Origin: Candidatus Deferrimicrobiaceae bacterium
Lineage (GTDB): Bacteria; Desulfobacterota; Deferrimicrobia; Deferrimicrobiales; Deferrimicrobiaceae
DNA: 64,000 nt
Direction of reading: 5' to 3'
NCBI GenBank assembly: GCA_963792415.1
Contig: CAWBVY010000009.1
Span: 32,001 to 96,000 of the forward strand
Numbering within the stretch: the stretch's first letter is position 1; each line of letters starts with the position of its first letter. The notes under the pieces are model-generated. The model worked only from the letters and a program-made list of their open reading frames with translations, did no database searches and was not told where the DNA came from. Of this stretch, positions 53,271-63,295 are shown in pieces. Both the position numbers and the translations under genes were made by a program.

Positions 53271-55525
53271 GGAGCGGCCTCGGGCTCGAGGAGCATCGAC
53301 CCCTGCCCGGCCGGCGCCTCGACCGCCGCGAAGCCCGGGAGTCTCGCCTCGACGCGAGGGGGGACTCCCCTCCAGGAGCCGCCCCAACGCACCTCCGCCC
53401 GGCGGCCCCTGCGCACGATTTCCACGCGAACCTCGCCGAACGAGGTGGGCGCGGGACCGAGCGAGATCGGGCCTTCCATCTCCAGCCACTCAGGGAGAAT
53501 TCCCGACGCAAGGACCAGCCGCTCCTCCTCCTCCCGGACGAACATGTTCCGGATCATGAGGACCCATTCGGCGGACGCCCACGCGTGCTGTCCATCTCCC
53601 ATGCACCCCCCCCCTGTTCGGGGGTGCACCGCCTCCGGCCATTGCCCCGTTGGAGACGCCAGGTTCGCCACGGTGCGGACCAGTTCCCGAAAACGCCCGT
53701 CCCCGGCGCGGAGCAGGACCTGCGCCATGTGCAGGGTCAGGTACGGGTTGATCCCGGAGTGGATGATGTCCTGGTAGAACCCACCGTTCACCATGCAGTG
53801 GGAGAGGAGAAACTCCGTCGTGTCGAGGAGACGCGCGTCGTGCGGAGCGAAGATCCGCAGCGGATACCCGGCGGCCAGGGAGCCCACGGCTCCGGAGTCC
53901 AGCCGCCTGTGCGGCGACGCGGGCATCCCGGGCCTCCCCAGGCGCAGGGCGACGCGGGAGAGGCTTTTCTCCACGGCTTCGCGGAACTGCCCCGCCTCCT
54001 CCCGGAACGAGGAGGGGTCCGCATCCCCATCCGCCGGAGGAAGCAGCCGGGACGCCGCGTGAAGACCCGCGATCCCCCAGAAATCGTCCCAGTAGTAGTA
54101 GTCGTTAGGGCCAAGATGCTCAGCGCTGAAGCCTGCCGGGAGGAGCCCCGCCTGCAGCTTTTCGTCGTCGGCCGGCAAACGGTTTCTTCGGATCCAGCGC
54201 GCCCCCCTCTCGATCGAGCGCCTCCATTCCGGTTTCGCCGGACGGCCGGTGAGTTCACAGTAGCGCATCAGGGTCCAAAGCGCTTCCCCGTTGGAGTCCC
54301 ACTCGCCATCCTGCGAGTAGTACAGACCGGTGCGGGTCTGCCGCCGCGGGAACGTATCCAGGACCCTTTCCGCCCGATCCGCGAGGCCGAGACAGAGGAG
54401 GGCGTGGAGAATGAAGGACGCGTCCCGGAACCAGAAGCGCTTGTACGTGTAGGGCCCGGGGTAGACCTCCCCCGCCTGCGTGTGAAGGACGAGGTTGCGG
54501 ACGGCCGCATCGAACAGCGACTGCATCCGCTGCCCCGGCAGCCGGAGGGCGGCGACTCCCGACAGGGCACGGTCCCAGCCCGGTGATCCCCGGGAAGAGG
54601 TGCGCGCGCGCTCCTTCCTCTCCGCGGGGACCCGCACCACCGCCTGCCGTTCCCCGCCCCCGCCGATCTCGTACAGCGCCGCCGCCGTGGCCATCCCCAC
54701 GGCGCAGCGTACGCCGTCCCGCGCGTCGCGATCGAGAAGACGGGTATAGACGTCTCCGTTGTGGTAATCCGAGAAGGCGCACCGGTCCGGCGCGGGGTCG
54801 AAGAGCACGGCGTGGCGGTGGCCCACCCTCCAGCCGGCGCCCTGTCCGTCCGCATGGACCTCCTCCACGATGCTCACCCCTTCAGGATTGTACGGGCGAA
54901 GGGCTACCACGAGGTACGCGTCCGACGCGCTCCCCGCCCGGAGGGAGAGGACGCACTCCGGCGAGCCCCCCCGTTCCTCCACGCTCGTGCGCGACAGAAG
55001 CTCCATACCGTCGCATGCGCTGCGGGTCACTACCGAGATGCTGTCTCCCAACTCGAGGTGCTGGTCGACGGCCTGCAGCTTGGAGGGGATGAGGCGGCGC
55101 CCGTCCCTGGCCACAACCCACACGTCGAGCGACCAGCCGTCCCAGAACGGCGTCACCAGGCCTCTCGGATCCACTATGGGAAGCCAGTCGCGGTCCGGCA
55201 CCCCGATCGCGGTCCAGTTGCGATGCGTCAGATTGACGTGGGTGATCGAGAAGGCCCGCGGAATGAAGGCGTCGTCCGCCGGGTCGTACTGGCGCTCCAC
55301 CCAGAAAGGCCAGATCCAGTCCAGGTTGTGCTGGATGGCGCCGGTGTTGAGAAGGCCCCTGGCGTGGAAAACCAGGCCCGCCCGGATCAGTTCAAGCGGC
55401 ACCTTCCCCTCGAGCGGCTGCGCGAAGCTCTCCAGGCGGGAGAGCACCTTCACCGGGTCGATGAGCCCCCGGGCCCGAGCGGCGCGGCTTACGAGAAGCT
55501 TCCAGGGAAACCATCGCAACCACAT
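53267..55525 (-). CDS. Six-hairpin (alpha/alpha)6 glycoside-hydrolase-like protein
   Basis: YKRFWFRDA, GEWDSNG, YYWDDFW, WPEAVHP, GDGQHAWA. Confidence 0.75.
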   Translation of the reverse strand: MWLRWFPWKLLVSRAARARGLIDPVKVLSRLESFAQPLEGKVPLELIRAGLVFHARGLLNTGAIQHNLDWIWPFWVERQYDPADDAFIPRAFSITHVNLTHRNWTAIGVPDRDWLPIVDPRGLVTPFWDGWSLDVWVVARDGRRLIPSKLQAVDQHLELGDSISVVTRSACDGMELLSRTSVEERGGSPECVLSLRAGSASDAYLVVALRPYNPEGVSIVEEVHADGQGAGWRVGHRHAVLFDPAPDRCAFSDYHNGDVYTRLLDRDARDGVRCAVGMATAAALYEIGGGGERQAVVRVPAERKERARTSSRGSPGWDRALSGVAALRLPGQRMQSLFDAAVRNLVLHTQAGEVYPGPYTYKRFWFRDASFILHALLCLGLADRAERVLDTFPRRQTRTGLYYSQDGEWDSNGEALWTLMRYCELTGRPAKPEWRRSIERGARWIRRNRLPADDEKLQAGLLPAGFSAEHLGPNDYYYWDDFWGIAGLHAASRLLPPADGDADPSSFREEAGQFREAVEKSLSRVALRLGRPGMPASPHRRLDSGAVGSLAAGYPLRIFAPHDARLLDTTEFLLSHCMVNGGFYQDIIHSGINPYLTLHMAQVLLRAGDGRFRELVRTVANLASPTGQWPEAVHPRTGGGCMGDGQHAWASAEWVLMIRNMFVREEEERLVLASGILPEWLEMEGPISLGPAPTSFGEVRVEIVRRGRRAEVRWGGSWRGVPPRVEARLPGFAAVEAPAGQGSMLLEPEAAP

Positions 55526-55596
55526 GGCGCACCCCCCGAACCTTCATTATATCGCGGGGGCCCGCAAGGGTCGGAGCATTCCCGGAGCGTATCGAA

Positions 55597-55643
55597 AGGA
55601 TCGGCGGCGGGATGACGGTGGTCTCGAGGAGGAGACTACAGGA
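55597..55643 (+). repeat. Direct repeat D, right copy
   Basis: Copy of the prmA tail; contains the stop codon of the convergent gene at 55636. Confidence 0.88.
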
Positions 55644-56013
55644 TGTACATTATCCTGATTTTTTCCTCGATCGAGACCCGGAGACCATGGTCCAGCCGGA
55701 GCACCTTTCGAACCGGCGGCAGATCGGGAATCACCCGGATCGAGAGAACGAGGATCCCCACCACCGAGAGGAACCCGAGAAGATTGAACGAGGCGTCGGC
55801 GTTCTCCCTCATCGGTTCGGATCGGACATAGTTCGGAGACGGTTTCGGAAGCTGCAAGGTCCCCATCACGTACGCACCCTGCCACATCAACCGCTCGGCA
55901 GGCACCGAGAATAGCACGCACCCATAGATCACCAGGAGGGCGGCGGCCACCACGGCTCTCCTGATAAAACTCTTCCTCTCGGCTTCGGCGTCGGGATCCA
56001 CGGTTTTCTCCAT
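55636..56013 (-). CDS. Hypothetical membrane protein
   Basis: GGAGG before ATG 56013; two hydrophobic segments. Confidence 0.55.
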   Translation of the reverse strand: MEKTVDPDAEAERKSFIRRAVVAAALLVIYGCVLFSVPAERLMWQGAYVMGTLQLPKPSPNYVRSEPMRENADASFNLLGFLSVVGILVLSIRVIPDLPPVRKVLRLDHGLRVSIEEKIRIMYIL

Positions 56014-56070
56014 TTCCTCCCGGATATGCGACGGTTCTCCCATATTAGAGCGCTGTCCGACGAAAAAAGT

Positions 56071-56802
56071 TCAACCGCCAGGAAGAATCCGGCCCCCCGA
56101 AGCGAGGCAACCGCGCACCTTCTCCGCCAGGTCGGGGATATCCGCTTCCGTCTTTTCGCGAACATCGAGCGGCGGAAATACTTCGATGGAAATCACCCCT
56201 TTATGAAAGTGCCCCGATCCGCCGGGGGGGCAGACCTGCCGGGCGCCCTCGATCCGGACGGGGACGATCGGGAGACCCGCCTGGATCGCAAGGTGAAAAC
56301 CCCCCTTCTTCAGCGGGAGGAGTCTTCCGTCGTGGCTGACCCACCCTTCCGGGAAGATCATGATGGAGTTGTTCCCGGAGAGCCCCGAGATCGATCCGCC
56401 AATGGACGCCCTGGCCTGCTCCGTGTTCTCGCGGTCCACCATGATCTGGCCGAGGGACAGCAGCGCCCAACCGAATACGGGGATCCGGGCAAGTTCCTTC
56501 TTGAATACGCAGTGGAACGGCTGGGGGATGGCGATCGCCAATGCGAGAGGATCCGCGATGGAAGTGTGGTTCGCCATGAAGACGTATGGGCGTTGCGGAT
56601 CGATCTGTTCGAGCCCTCGCGGGACGACGCGCACCCGGAAGCCGGTAAACAGGACCCTGGAGTAGGTTTTCGCCAGCGGGCGGAAAAGACGCCCTTTACC
56701 GGTCAACCCCTTCCGGAAGAAACCGAGAAGGGTGAAGGGAGGCAGGAGGATGAGCGTGACCAGGCCGACGAATATCCACTGGAATATCGTCGTCGCTCTC
56801 AA
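56071..56802 (-). CDS. plsC: 1-acyl-sn-glycerol-3-phosphate acyltransferase
   Basis: NHTSIAD, KKEL..IP.FGW, FPEG, KKGGF. Confidence 0.9.
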   Translation of the reverse strand: MRATTIFQWIFVGLVTLILLPPFTLLGFFRKGLTGKGRLFRPLAKTYSRVLFTGFRVRVVPRGLEQIDPQRPYVFMANHTSIADPLALAIAIPQPFHCVFKKELARIPVFGWALLSLGQIMVDRENTEQARASIGGSISGLSGNNSIMIFPEGWVSHDGRLLPLKKGGFHLAIQAGLPIVPVRIEGARQVCPPGGSGHFHKGVISIEVFPPLDVREKTEADIPDLAEKVRGCLASGGRILPGG

Positions 56803-56841
56803 CGGGCGGGAATCCCCGGATCCACGGTTATCTCTCCCACC

Positions 56842-57600
56842 TCACTGCATCGGCCGGATCCGCACTTCGGTCTCCTTCTGACTCCGGAGGAGTTCGACGA
56901 TCCTGCCGGTGTCGGTCTCGCCGAAATGGTACGGATAAAGGATCTTCGGGCGGAGCATGCGGGCGGCGTCGGCCGCCATCTCCGGGGTCATGGTATACGG
57001 GAGATTCATCGGAAGGAACGCGATGTCGACCCCGGCGAGTGCTTTCATCTCGGGGATGTTCTCCGTGTCGCCGGCCACGTAGACCCTCTTGTCCCCAAAG
57101 GTGAGCACGTAGCCGTTGCCGCGCCCCTTCGGGTGAAAGGGGACCCCGGGGCTGCGCTCGTGGACGAGATTATAGGCCGGGACGGCGAGCACCGGGATGC
57201 CGGGAGAATTCTTCCGGGCGCCGGGGAACACCTTCCGATCACCGTTCTTCAGGACCACGGCGCCGGGAATCTTTTCGGCGGCGGCCGGGTTCGCCGCCAC
57301 CACGGTCCGGTCGCCCCGGATGGACTGGATCGCCCCCAGGTCGAGATGATCGCCGTGTTCGTGGGTAACGATAAGGATGTCGGCCTTGGGGAGGGAACCG
57401 TAGTCAGCGACCTTGCCGTAGGGGTCGATGGCGATGGTCGTGCCGTCGAAGGAGAAGAGGAGGCTCCCGTGGCCCAGGAAGGTCACGGTGAGGTCGCCGG
57501 CCCCCGTCGGGATGATGTCGGTTTCGTGCGGTTCTTTCCCGAAAGCCGTTCCCGCCAGCAGGGTCGCGAGGAACAGAATTGCGAAATGCGATCCCTTCAT
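56842..57600 (-). CDS. MBL-fold metallo-hydrolase
   Basis: GHGS, IDP, THEHGDH, YVAGDT, PYH. Confidence 0.9.
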   Translation of the reverse strand: MKGSHFAILFLATLLAGTAFGKEPHETDIIPTGAGDLTVTFLGHGSLLFSFDGTTIAIDPYGKVADYGSLPKADILIVTHEHGDHLDLGAIQSIRGDRTVVAANPAAAEKIPGAVVLKNGDRKVFPGARKNSPGIPVLAVPAYNLVHERSPGVPFHPKGRGNGYVLTFGDKRVYVAGDTENIPEMKALAGVDIAFLPMNLPYTMTPEMAADAARMLRPKILYPYHFGETDTGRIVELLRSQKETEVRIRPMQ

Positions 57601-57709
57601 CTTCGCCTCCACGCGGTGGTTGCGACTCCTTTGATAATATACATTAGGATCCGGATGATCCGGTCCGGAAGTCGCAGGGCCCCATCTCCCTTTTCGAGGA
57701 AGGAATCCG

Positions 57710-58882
57710 ATGAAGATCGTCGACATCCAGGAACGTACCGCGTCCATCGCCTCCCCGATCCGGAACGCGTACATCGACTTCAGCAGGATGACGGTATCGG
57801 TCGCGGCCGTCGTCACGGATGTGGTCCGGGACGGCAAGCCGGTCGTGGGATACGGTTTCAATTCGAACGGCAGGTACGCGCAGGGATCCCTGCTGCGGGA
57901 GAGGTTCATCCCCCGCGTTCGCGAGGTCGATCCCTCGGCGTACGTGTCCGGGACCGGGGACAACCTCGACCCCTTCCGGCTTTGGGACATCATGATGGCC
58001 AACGAAAAGCCGGGCGGCCACGGTGAGCGGTCGGTGGCCGTGGGGGTCATCGACATGGCCGTCTGGGACGCCGTGGCGAAAATCGAGCGGAAGCCGCTGT
58101 ACCGCCTGCTCGCCGACCGGTACAACGGGGGCGTCGCGGCGAGCCGGGTGTTCGTCTACGCCGCCGGAGGCTACTACTACCCCGGGAAAGGGAAACGGGA
58201 GTTGCTGGACGAAATGAGCCGCTACCTGGACGCCGGGTACCGGACGGTGAAGATGAAGATCGGAGGGGCCCCTCTTTCCGAGGATCTCGAAAGGATCGAG
58301 TCGGTCCTTTCCCTGGTGTCCGATGGAGACCGCCTCGCGGTCGACGCCAACGGCCGGTTCGACCTGGACACCGCGGTGCGTTACGGAGATGCGCTCGCGC
58401 CATACGGCCTGCGGTGGTACGAGGAACCCGGTGACCCCCTCGACTACCAACTTCACGCGGACCTCGCGGCCCGGTACAAAGGCCCCATCGCCACCGGTGA
58501 AAATCTTTTCTCCATGCAGGATGCGAGAAACCTGCTGCGACACGGGGGGCTCCGGAAGGACCGCGACATCCTCCAGATGGACCCGGTCCTCTCCTACGGC
58601 CTGGTGGAGTATCTCCGGATGCTCGAAATGCTGGTCGGGATGGGTTGGTCCCGCAACCGCTGCATCCCCCACGGCGGACACCAGTTCGCCCTCAACATCG
58701 CCGCCGGACTCGGACTGGGCGGCAACGAATCCTACCCGGAAATGTTCGCCCCGTTCGGTGGGTTCGGCGATAGCACCCCCGTGGAGAACGGGATGGTCGG
58801 CCTTCCGGAAATCCCGGGGGTCGGCTTCGAGGCCAAGTCGGCCCTGATCGACCGGATCCGCTCTCTCTTCGATCCGGTCTGA
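57710..58882 (+). CDS. tarD: Mandelate racemase family, D-tartrate dehydratase-like
   Basis: IRNAYIDFS.MT, NSNGRY, NEKPGGHGERS, KMKIG, DAN, YEEP, TGEN, PHGG. Confidence 0.85.
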   Translation: MKIVDIQERTASIASPIRNAYIDFSRMTVSVAAVVTDVVRDGKPVVGYGFNSNGRYAQGSLLRERFIPRVREVDPSAYVSGTGDNLDPFRLWDIMMANEKPGGHGERSVAVGVIDMAVWDAVAKIERKPLYRLLADRYNGGVAASRVFVYAAGGYYYPGKGKRELLDEMSRYLDAGYRTVKMKIGGAPLSEDLERIESVLSLVSDGDRLAVDANGRFDLDTAVRYGDALAPYGLRWYEEPGDPLDYQLHADLAARYKGPIATGENLFSMQDARNLLRHGGLRKDRDILQMDPVLSYGLVEYLRMLEMLVGMGWSRNRCIPHGGHQFALNIAAGLGLGGNESYPEMFAPFGGFGDSTPVENGMVGLPEIPGVGFEAKSALIDRIRSLFDPV

Positions 58883-58919
58883 CGTTCAGGAAACCGGGGA
58901 GGACGGATCCCGGCCCGGT

Positions 58920-59105
58920 TCAGGCGGCTTTCTCTCGAGCCACCGAGCAGGCGGCCTGATAGATCTCCTCCACCTCGAACCAGTCGTCGGTATGCTCCTC
59001 TTTCACATGGCGCATCAGCGACTCGACGACGTTCTCGCCTGTCTTCCCCTCGATAACGAAATCACACGAAATCCCCAACTCCCTGCAACCGATCGAGGTA
59101 TTCAT
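58920..59105 (-). CDS. DUF1059 small metal-binding protein
   Basis: IGCRELG.SCDF...G.T.......HV..EH. Confidence 0.8.
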   Translation of the reverse strand: MNTSIGCRELGISCDFVIEGKTGENVVESLMRHVKEEHTDDWFEVEEIYQAACSVAREKAA

Positions 59106-59376
59106 TTCCAACCTCCCATCCTTGAGCCGGCTCGTCCCAAAACCACATTTTGTTCCTGCTTATAGGATATGCTCCGAACTCTTCGGAGTTTCGTCCGGCG
59201 GACAAGTCACCCGGATCTTCGTCGTCACGGATAGATCAAGGTGGTCCCGTGCCGCATTGGATCCGCGTCGACACGTCAAGCTGCCGCGGAAGGAATGAAG
59301 GGGGTAGAATCAAGAGGATTGGACGGGAACGGCCGGGGCTTGGCCGGCGGGTGTACCCTGTGGAGAGGACAGCGGC

Positions 59377-60723
59377 ATGACGGAACTCGACCTTGCACGC
59401 GCTCAGATGGCGATGCTGTTCGCCTTCCACATTCTCTTTGCCGTGGCCGGAATGGGGATGCCCGTCCTCATGGTGATCGCCGAGAGGGCGCACCTCCGGA
59501 CCCGGCACCCCGTCTACGCGGAACTCGCGCGGCGCTGGGCGAAGGGGACAGCGGTCCTCTTCGCGGTGGGCGCGGTCTCCGGAACCGTCCTGTCCTTCGA
59601 GCTGGGGCTGTTGTGGCCCAGGTTCATGGCGTTCGCCGGCGGGGTCATCGGGCTCCCCTTCGCACTGGAGGGATTCGCATTCTTCACCGAGGCGATCTTC
59701 CTCGGGATCTACCTGTACGGCTGGGACCGCGTCTCCCCGCGCCTCCACCTCGCATCCGGCGTTCTCGTGGCCATCGGGGGGATCCTCTCCGGGATCTTCG
59801 TCGTGACCGCCAACGCCTGGATGAACAGTCCGGCGGGCTTCACCCTTGCGGACGGGAGGCCGGTCGACGTTTCCCCCCTCGCGGCGATGCTGAACCCGGC
59901 CTCGGCGACGGAGACGATCCACATGACCCTCGCCGCCTTCGCCGCGTCCGGATTCGCGGTCGCGGGGATCCACGCGTTCCTCCTTCTGAGGGACCGGGAG
60001 AACCTGTTCCATCGGAAAGCCCTGGAGATCGCCCTCGCGGTCGGGTGCGCCGCCGCCGTGCTCCAGCCGCTCAGCGGCGACATGAGTGCGCGCTTCGTCG
60101 CGCGGAATCAGCCGGTGAAGCTCGCCGCGATGGAGGGGCAGTTCGAGACCGAGGACGGGGCGCCGCTTCGGATCGGGGGAATTCCCGACGTCGCATCGCG
60201 GACCACGCGGTACGCGATCGAGGTCCCGAAAGGCTTGAGCCTGCTGGCCTACCACGATCCCGACGCCCGGGTGCAGGGGCTCGCCGCATTCCCCCGGGAC
60301 GAATGGCCCGATCCCGTCCCGGTGCACCTCGCCTTCCAGGTGATGGTGGCCGGCGGCACGGCCATGGCTCTCCTCTCCGTCGCGGCGGCCTGGCTTTTCT
60401 GGAAGAAGCGGGAGGGTCTCTTCGGCCGCCGGTTCCTGATGGCCGTCGCCCTCTGCGGACCGGTCGGGCTCCTCTGCGTGGAGGCCGGGTGGGTCGTCAC
60501 CGAAATGGGCCGGCAGCCCTGGGCGATCCGGGGCGTCATGAGGACGGCGGAGGCGGTGACCCCCGTCGGGGGCCTTCTCCTCCCCTTCGCGTTCTTCTCG
60601 CTTCTCTACCTGGGCCTCGGGGCGGCCTCGGTCTGGCTGCTGCGGCGCGAAGTCGCCGCGAGCCCCTTCTTTCCCGCCGGCAGTCGTGCGGCGGACCCCC
60701 ACGGTACGGAAGGGAAGGAGTAG
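59377..60723 (+). CDS. cydA: Cytochrome bd oxidase subunit I
   Basis: FHILF, GAVSGT..SFE, ANAWM, QPVKLAAMEG, GWVVTEMGRQPW. Confidence 0.95.
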   Translation: MTELDLARAQMAMLFAFHILFAVAGMGMPVLMVIAERAHLRTRHPVYAELARRWAKGTAVLFAVGAVSGTVLSFELGLLWPRFMAFAGGVIGLPFALEGFAFFTEAIFLGIYLYGWDRVSPRLHLASGVLVAIGGILSGIFVVTANAWMNSPAGFTLADGRPVDVSPLAAMLNPASATETIHMTLAAFAASGFAVAGIHAFLLLRDRENLFHRKALEIALAVGCAAAVLQPLSGDMSARFVARNQPVKLAAMEGQFETEDGAPLRIGGIPDVASRTTRYAIEVPKGLSLLAYHDPDARVQGLAAFPRDEWPDPVPVHLAFQVMVAGGTAMALLSVAAAWLFWKKREGLFGRRFLMAVALCGPVGLLCVEAGWVVTEMGRQPWAIRGVMRTAEAVTPVGGLLLPFAFFSLLYLGLGAASVWLLRREVAASPFFPAGSRAADPHGTEGKE

Positions 60724-60726
60724 GAC

Positions 60727-61749
60727 ATGCCGGATCCCGCAACGCTGTCGGCCGGATGCATCCTGGCATCCCTCGTTCTCTACGCGCTCTTCGGCGGCGC
60801 CGATTTCGGGGGAGGCGTCTGGGACCTGCTGGCGCGAAATCCGGGCGCGGCAGACCGGCGGCGACTCATCGCCAGCGCCATCGGGCCCGTGTGGGAGACC
60901 AACCACATCTGGCTCATCGTGGCCATCGTGATCCTCTTCACCGCGTTCCCCGCGGCGTTCGCCGTCGTCTGCACGGCCCTTTTCGTTCCGCTGACGATCG
61001 TTCTCGCCGGGATCGTCCTCCGCGGGGCGGCGTTCGCCTTCCACGCATACCGCCTCCACGAGGAGCGGGGGGCGGGACGGTGGGGGGCCGTCTTCGCCTC
61101 GGCCAGCCTCGTCACCCCGGTCTTCCTCGGGATCGTGTTCGGGGCAATCTCCTCCGGACGGATCCGGGCGACGGAACCGCTGGCGTTCACTGGGGACGTG
61201 ACGTTGTGGCTCTCCCCGTTCCCGGTCGTCATCGGGTTCCTCACGCTGGCCTCCTTCGCCTTCCTCGCCGCCGTCTACCTCATCCACGAAACGGATGACC
61301 CGGGATTGCGGGAGAAATTCCGCCGGGACTCCTTCCGGTCCGCCGCCGCGCTCGTCTTCCTCTCCGGGCTGACCCTGGCGCTGGCCGCCGTCGATGCGCC
61401 TGAATTCTTCCGTGCCCTCACGGGCGGGACCTGGTCGATACCGCTTCTCGCGGCGGAGATCGCGGCCGCCGCAGGGGCAATCACCTCTCTCGCGCTGCGC
61501 CGCTATCCGCTCGCGCGCGCCTGCGCCGCCGCGCAGGTATCCCTCCTTTTGATCGGATGGGGGATTGCCCAGTACCCGTATCTCGTCCGCCCGGACATCA
61601 CCGTATTCTCCGCGGCCGCATCCCCCGGGACGCTGCGGTTCCTGCTCGGGGCGCTCGCCGCGGGAGCCGTCCTCCTCTTCCCGGCGGTCTTCCTTCTCCT
61701 CCGGGTGTTCAAGTGGGAAGCGATCTCCGGAACTCCCCGCCGCCCATGA
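60727..61749 (+). CDS. cydB: Cytochrome bd oxidase subunit II
   Basis: GADFGGG, IGPVWETNHIWL, LRGAAF. Confidence 0.93.
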   Translation: MPDPATLSAGCILASLVLYALFGGADFGGGVWDLLARNPGAADRRRLIASAIGPVWETNHIWLIVAIVILFTAFPAAFAVVCTALFVPLTIVLAGIVLRGAAFAFHAYRLHEERGAGRWGAVFASASLVTPVFLGIVFGAISSGRIRATEPLAFTGDVTLWLSPFPVVIGFLTLASFAFLAAVYLIHETDDPGLREKFRRDSFRSAAALVFLSGLTLALAAVDAPEFFRALTGGTWSIPLLAAEIAAAAGAITSLALRRYPLARACAAAQVSLLLIGWGIAQYPYLVRPDITVFSAAASPGTLRFLLGALAAGAVLLFPAVFLLLRVFKWEAISGTPRRP

Positions 61750-62597
61750 TCCCGTATTTCCCGCAGCCCAAGCTCCACCTGTTCGGCCCGCTCACCGTCC
61801 ACGCCTTCGGGGCAATCGTCGCCGCGGCCGTCATCGTCGGCTGGCAAAGGGTCGTCGCCCGGACCCGCGCGAAGCGCCTGGACCCCGAACGCGTCCAGGA
61901 CCTCCTGTCGTATGTCGTCCTCTGCGGCTTCGTCGTCGCCCACCTCTACTCCGTCCTCGCCTATTTTCCTCGGGAGGCGATGCAAAACCCGCTCCTTCTC
62001 CTGAAGTTCTGGGAGGACATCAGCTCCTTCGGGGGATTCGTCGGGGGACTCCTCGGGCTCTGGCTCTTTTTCCGTTTCAGGGCGCGGGATGCCGACGCGA
62101 CGACCCGGTTGCGCTACCTGGACGTCATCGCGTACGTCTTCCCGTTCGCGTGGGCGATCGGGCGCATCGCCTGCACGGTCGCGCACGACCACCCCGGCAC
62201 GGTCACGACGTTCCCGTTGGGGATCAGCCTGGCATCCCCGGAGGCGCAGGCCTACATCGCTTTCTTCTACCGGGAGGCCGGCCGGCTGGCGGAACTGCCC
62301 CCTCCCGAGATCCTGTCGAAGATGGCGTTCCATGATCTTGGGTGGTACGAATTCCTCTACATGGCGTGCCTGATGGTCCCCGCCTTCCTTGCGCTTGACC
62401 GGAAACCGCGCCCGCCGGGGTTCTTCCTGGCCGCCTTCCTGCTCCTCTACATCCCGGCCCGCTTCTTCCTCGATTTCCTGCGGATCGGCGATGTCCGGTA
62501 CTTCGGGCTGACCCCCGGGCAGTACGCCGGGGTCGCGGTTTTCCTCGCCGCGCTCCTCTTCACGGTTCGCATTTCCCGCTGGAAAGAGAAGGAGTAG
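61746..62597 (+). CDS. lgt: Prolipoprotein diacylglyceryl transferase family
   Basis: SSFGG, IGRIAC...HDH.G, H.LG.YE, RFFLDFLR. Confidence 0.85.
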   Translation: MIPYFPQPKLHLFGPLTVHAFGAIVAAAVIVGWQRVVARTRAKRLDPERVQDLLSYVVLCGFVVAHLYSVLAYFPREAMQNPLLLLKFWEDISSFGGFVGGLLGLWLFFRFRARDADATTRLRYLDVIAYVFPFAWAIGRIACTVAHDHPGTVTTFPLGISLASPEAQAYIAFFYREAGRLAELPPPEILSKMAFHDLGWYEFLYMACLMVPAFLALDRKPRPPGFFLAAFLLLYIPARFFLDFLRIGDVRYFGLTPGQYAGVAVFLAALLFTVRISRWKEKE

Positions 62598-62599
62598 CC

Positions 62600-63295
62600 A
62601 TGCCTGGAACGATCCACGCCGAGAAGCACTTCACCGCGTCGGAGTCCGTTCGCGACGTGGTCATCGGGATGGCGGACGGACTGACCGTCCCGTTCGCGCT
62701 GGCCGCAGGGTTGTCGGGCGCCGTGAGTTCCACCGGAGTGATCGTGGTCGCGGGGCTGGCCGAGATCGCCGCGGGTTCGATCGCGATGGGCCTGGGGGGA
62801 TACCTCGCGGCCCGGACCGACCGGGAGCACTACGCCTCGGAGCGCGCGCGGGAGTTCCGCGAAATCCGGGAGATGCCGGCGGCCGAGCGGCAGGAGGTCG
62901 CCGCCATCTTCCACGGGTACGGCCTGGACGACGAGCAGGCCGCCCCGGTGGTCACGGCCATCTGCTCCGATTCGGACCGGTGGGTGGATTTCATGATGCG
63001 GTACGAACTGGGGCTCGAAGCGCCCGACCCGGGAAGGGCCATGAAGAGCGCCGTGACGATCGGCCTGTCCTACGTCGTCGGGGGAATGGTCCCTCTCATC
63101 CCCTACATGACGACCGGGAACGTCCTCAAGGGCCTCGCGGTCTCCGCGGCGGTCACGCTGCTCGCCCTCTTCGCGTTCGGGGTCGTGAAGGGACGGCTCA
63201 CGGGGATCAGGCCGCTGCTCGGCGGTCTCCAGACGGTCGGCATCGGGGGGATCGCCGCGGCGGCGGCGTTCGGCATCGCGCGATGGATCTCGTAA
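62600..63295 (+). CDS. VIT1/CCC1 iron/manganese transporter
   Basis: DVVIGMADGL, MGLGGYLA, FMMRYELG. Confidence 0.93.
   Translation: MPGTIHAEKHFTASESVRDVVIGMADGLTVPFALAAGLSGAVSSTGVIVVAGLAEIAAGSIAMGLGGYLAARTDREHYASERAREFREIREMPAAERQEVAAIFHGYGLDDEQAAPVVTAICSDSDRWVDFMMRYELGLEAPDPGRAMKSAVTIGLSYVVGGMVPLIPYMTTGNVLKGLAVSAAVTLLALFAFGVVKGRLTGIRPLLGGLQTVGIGGIAAAAAFGIARWIS

Noticed and set aside
57657-58890. GATCCGGTC...CAGG on both sides of the tarD-like gene
   Set aside because: Only 9 bp exact, too weak to count as another repeat pair.
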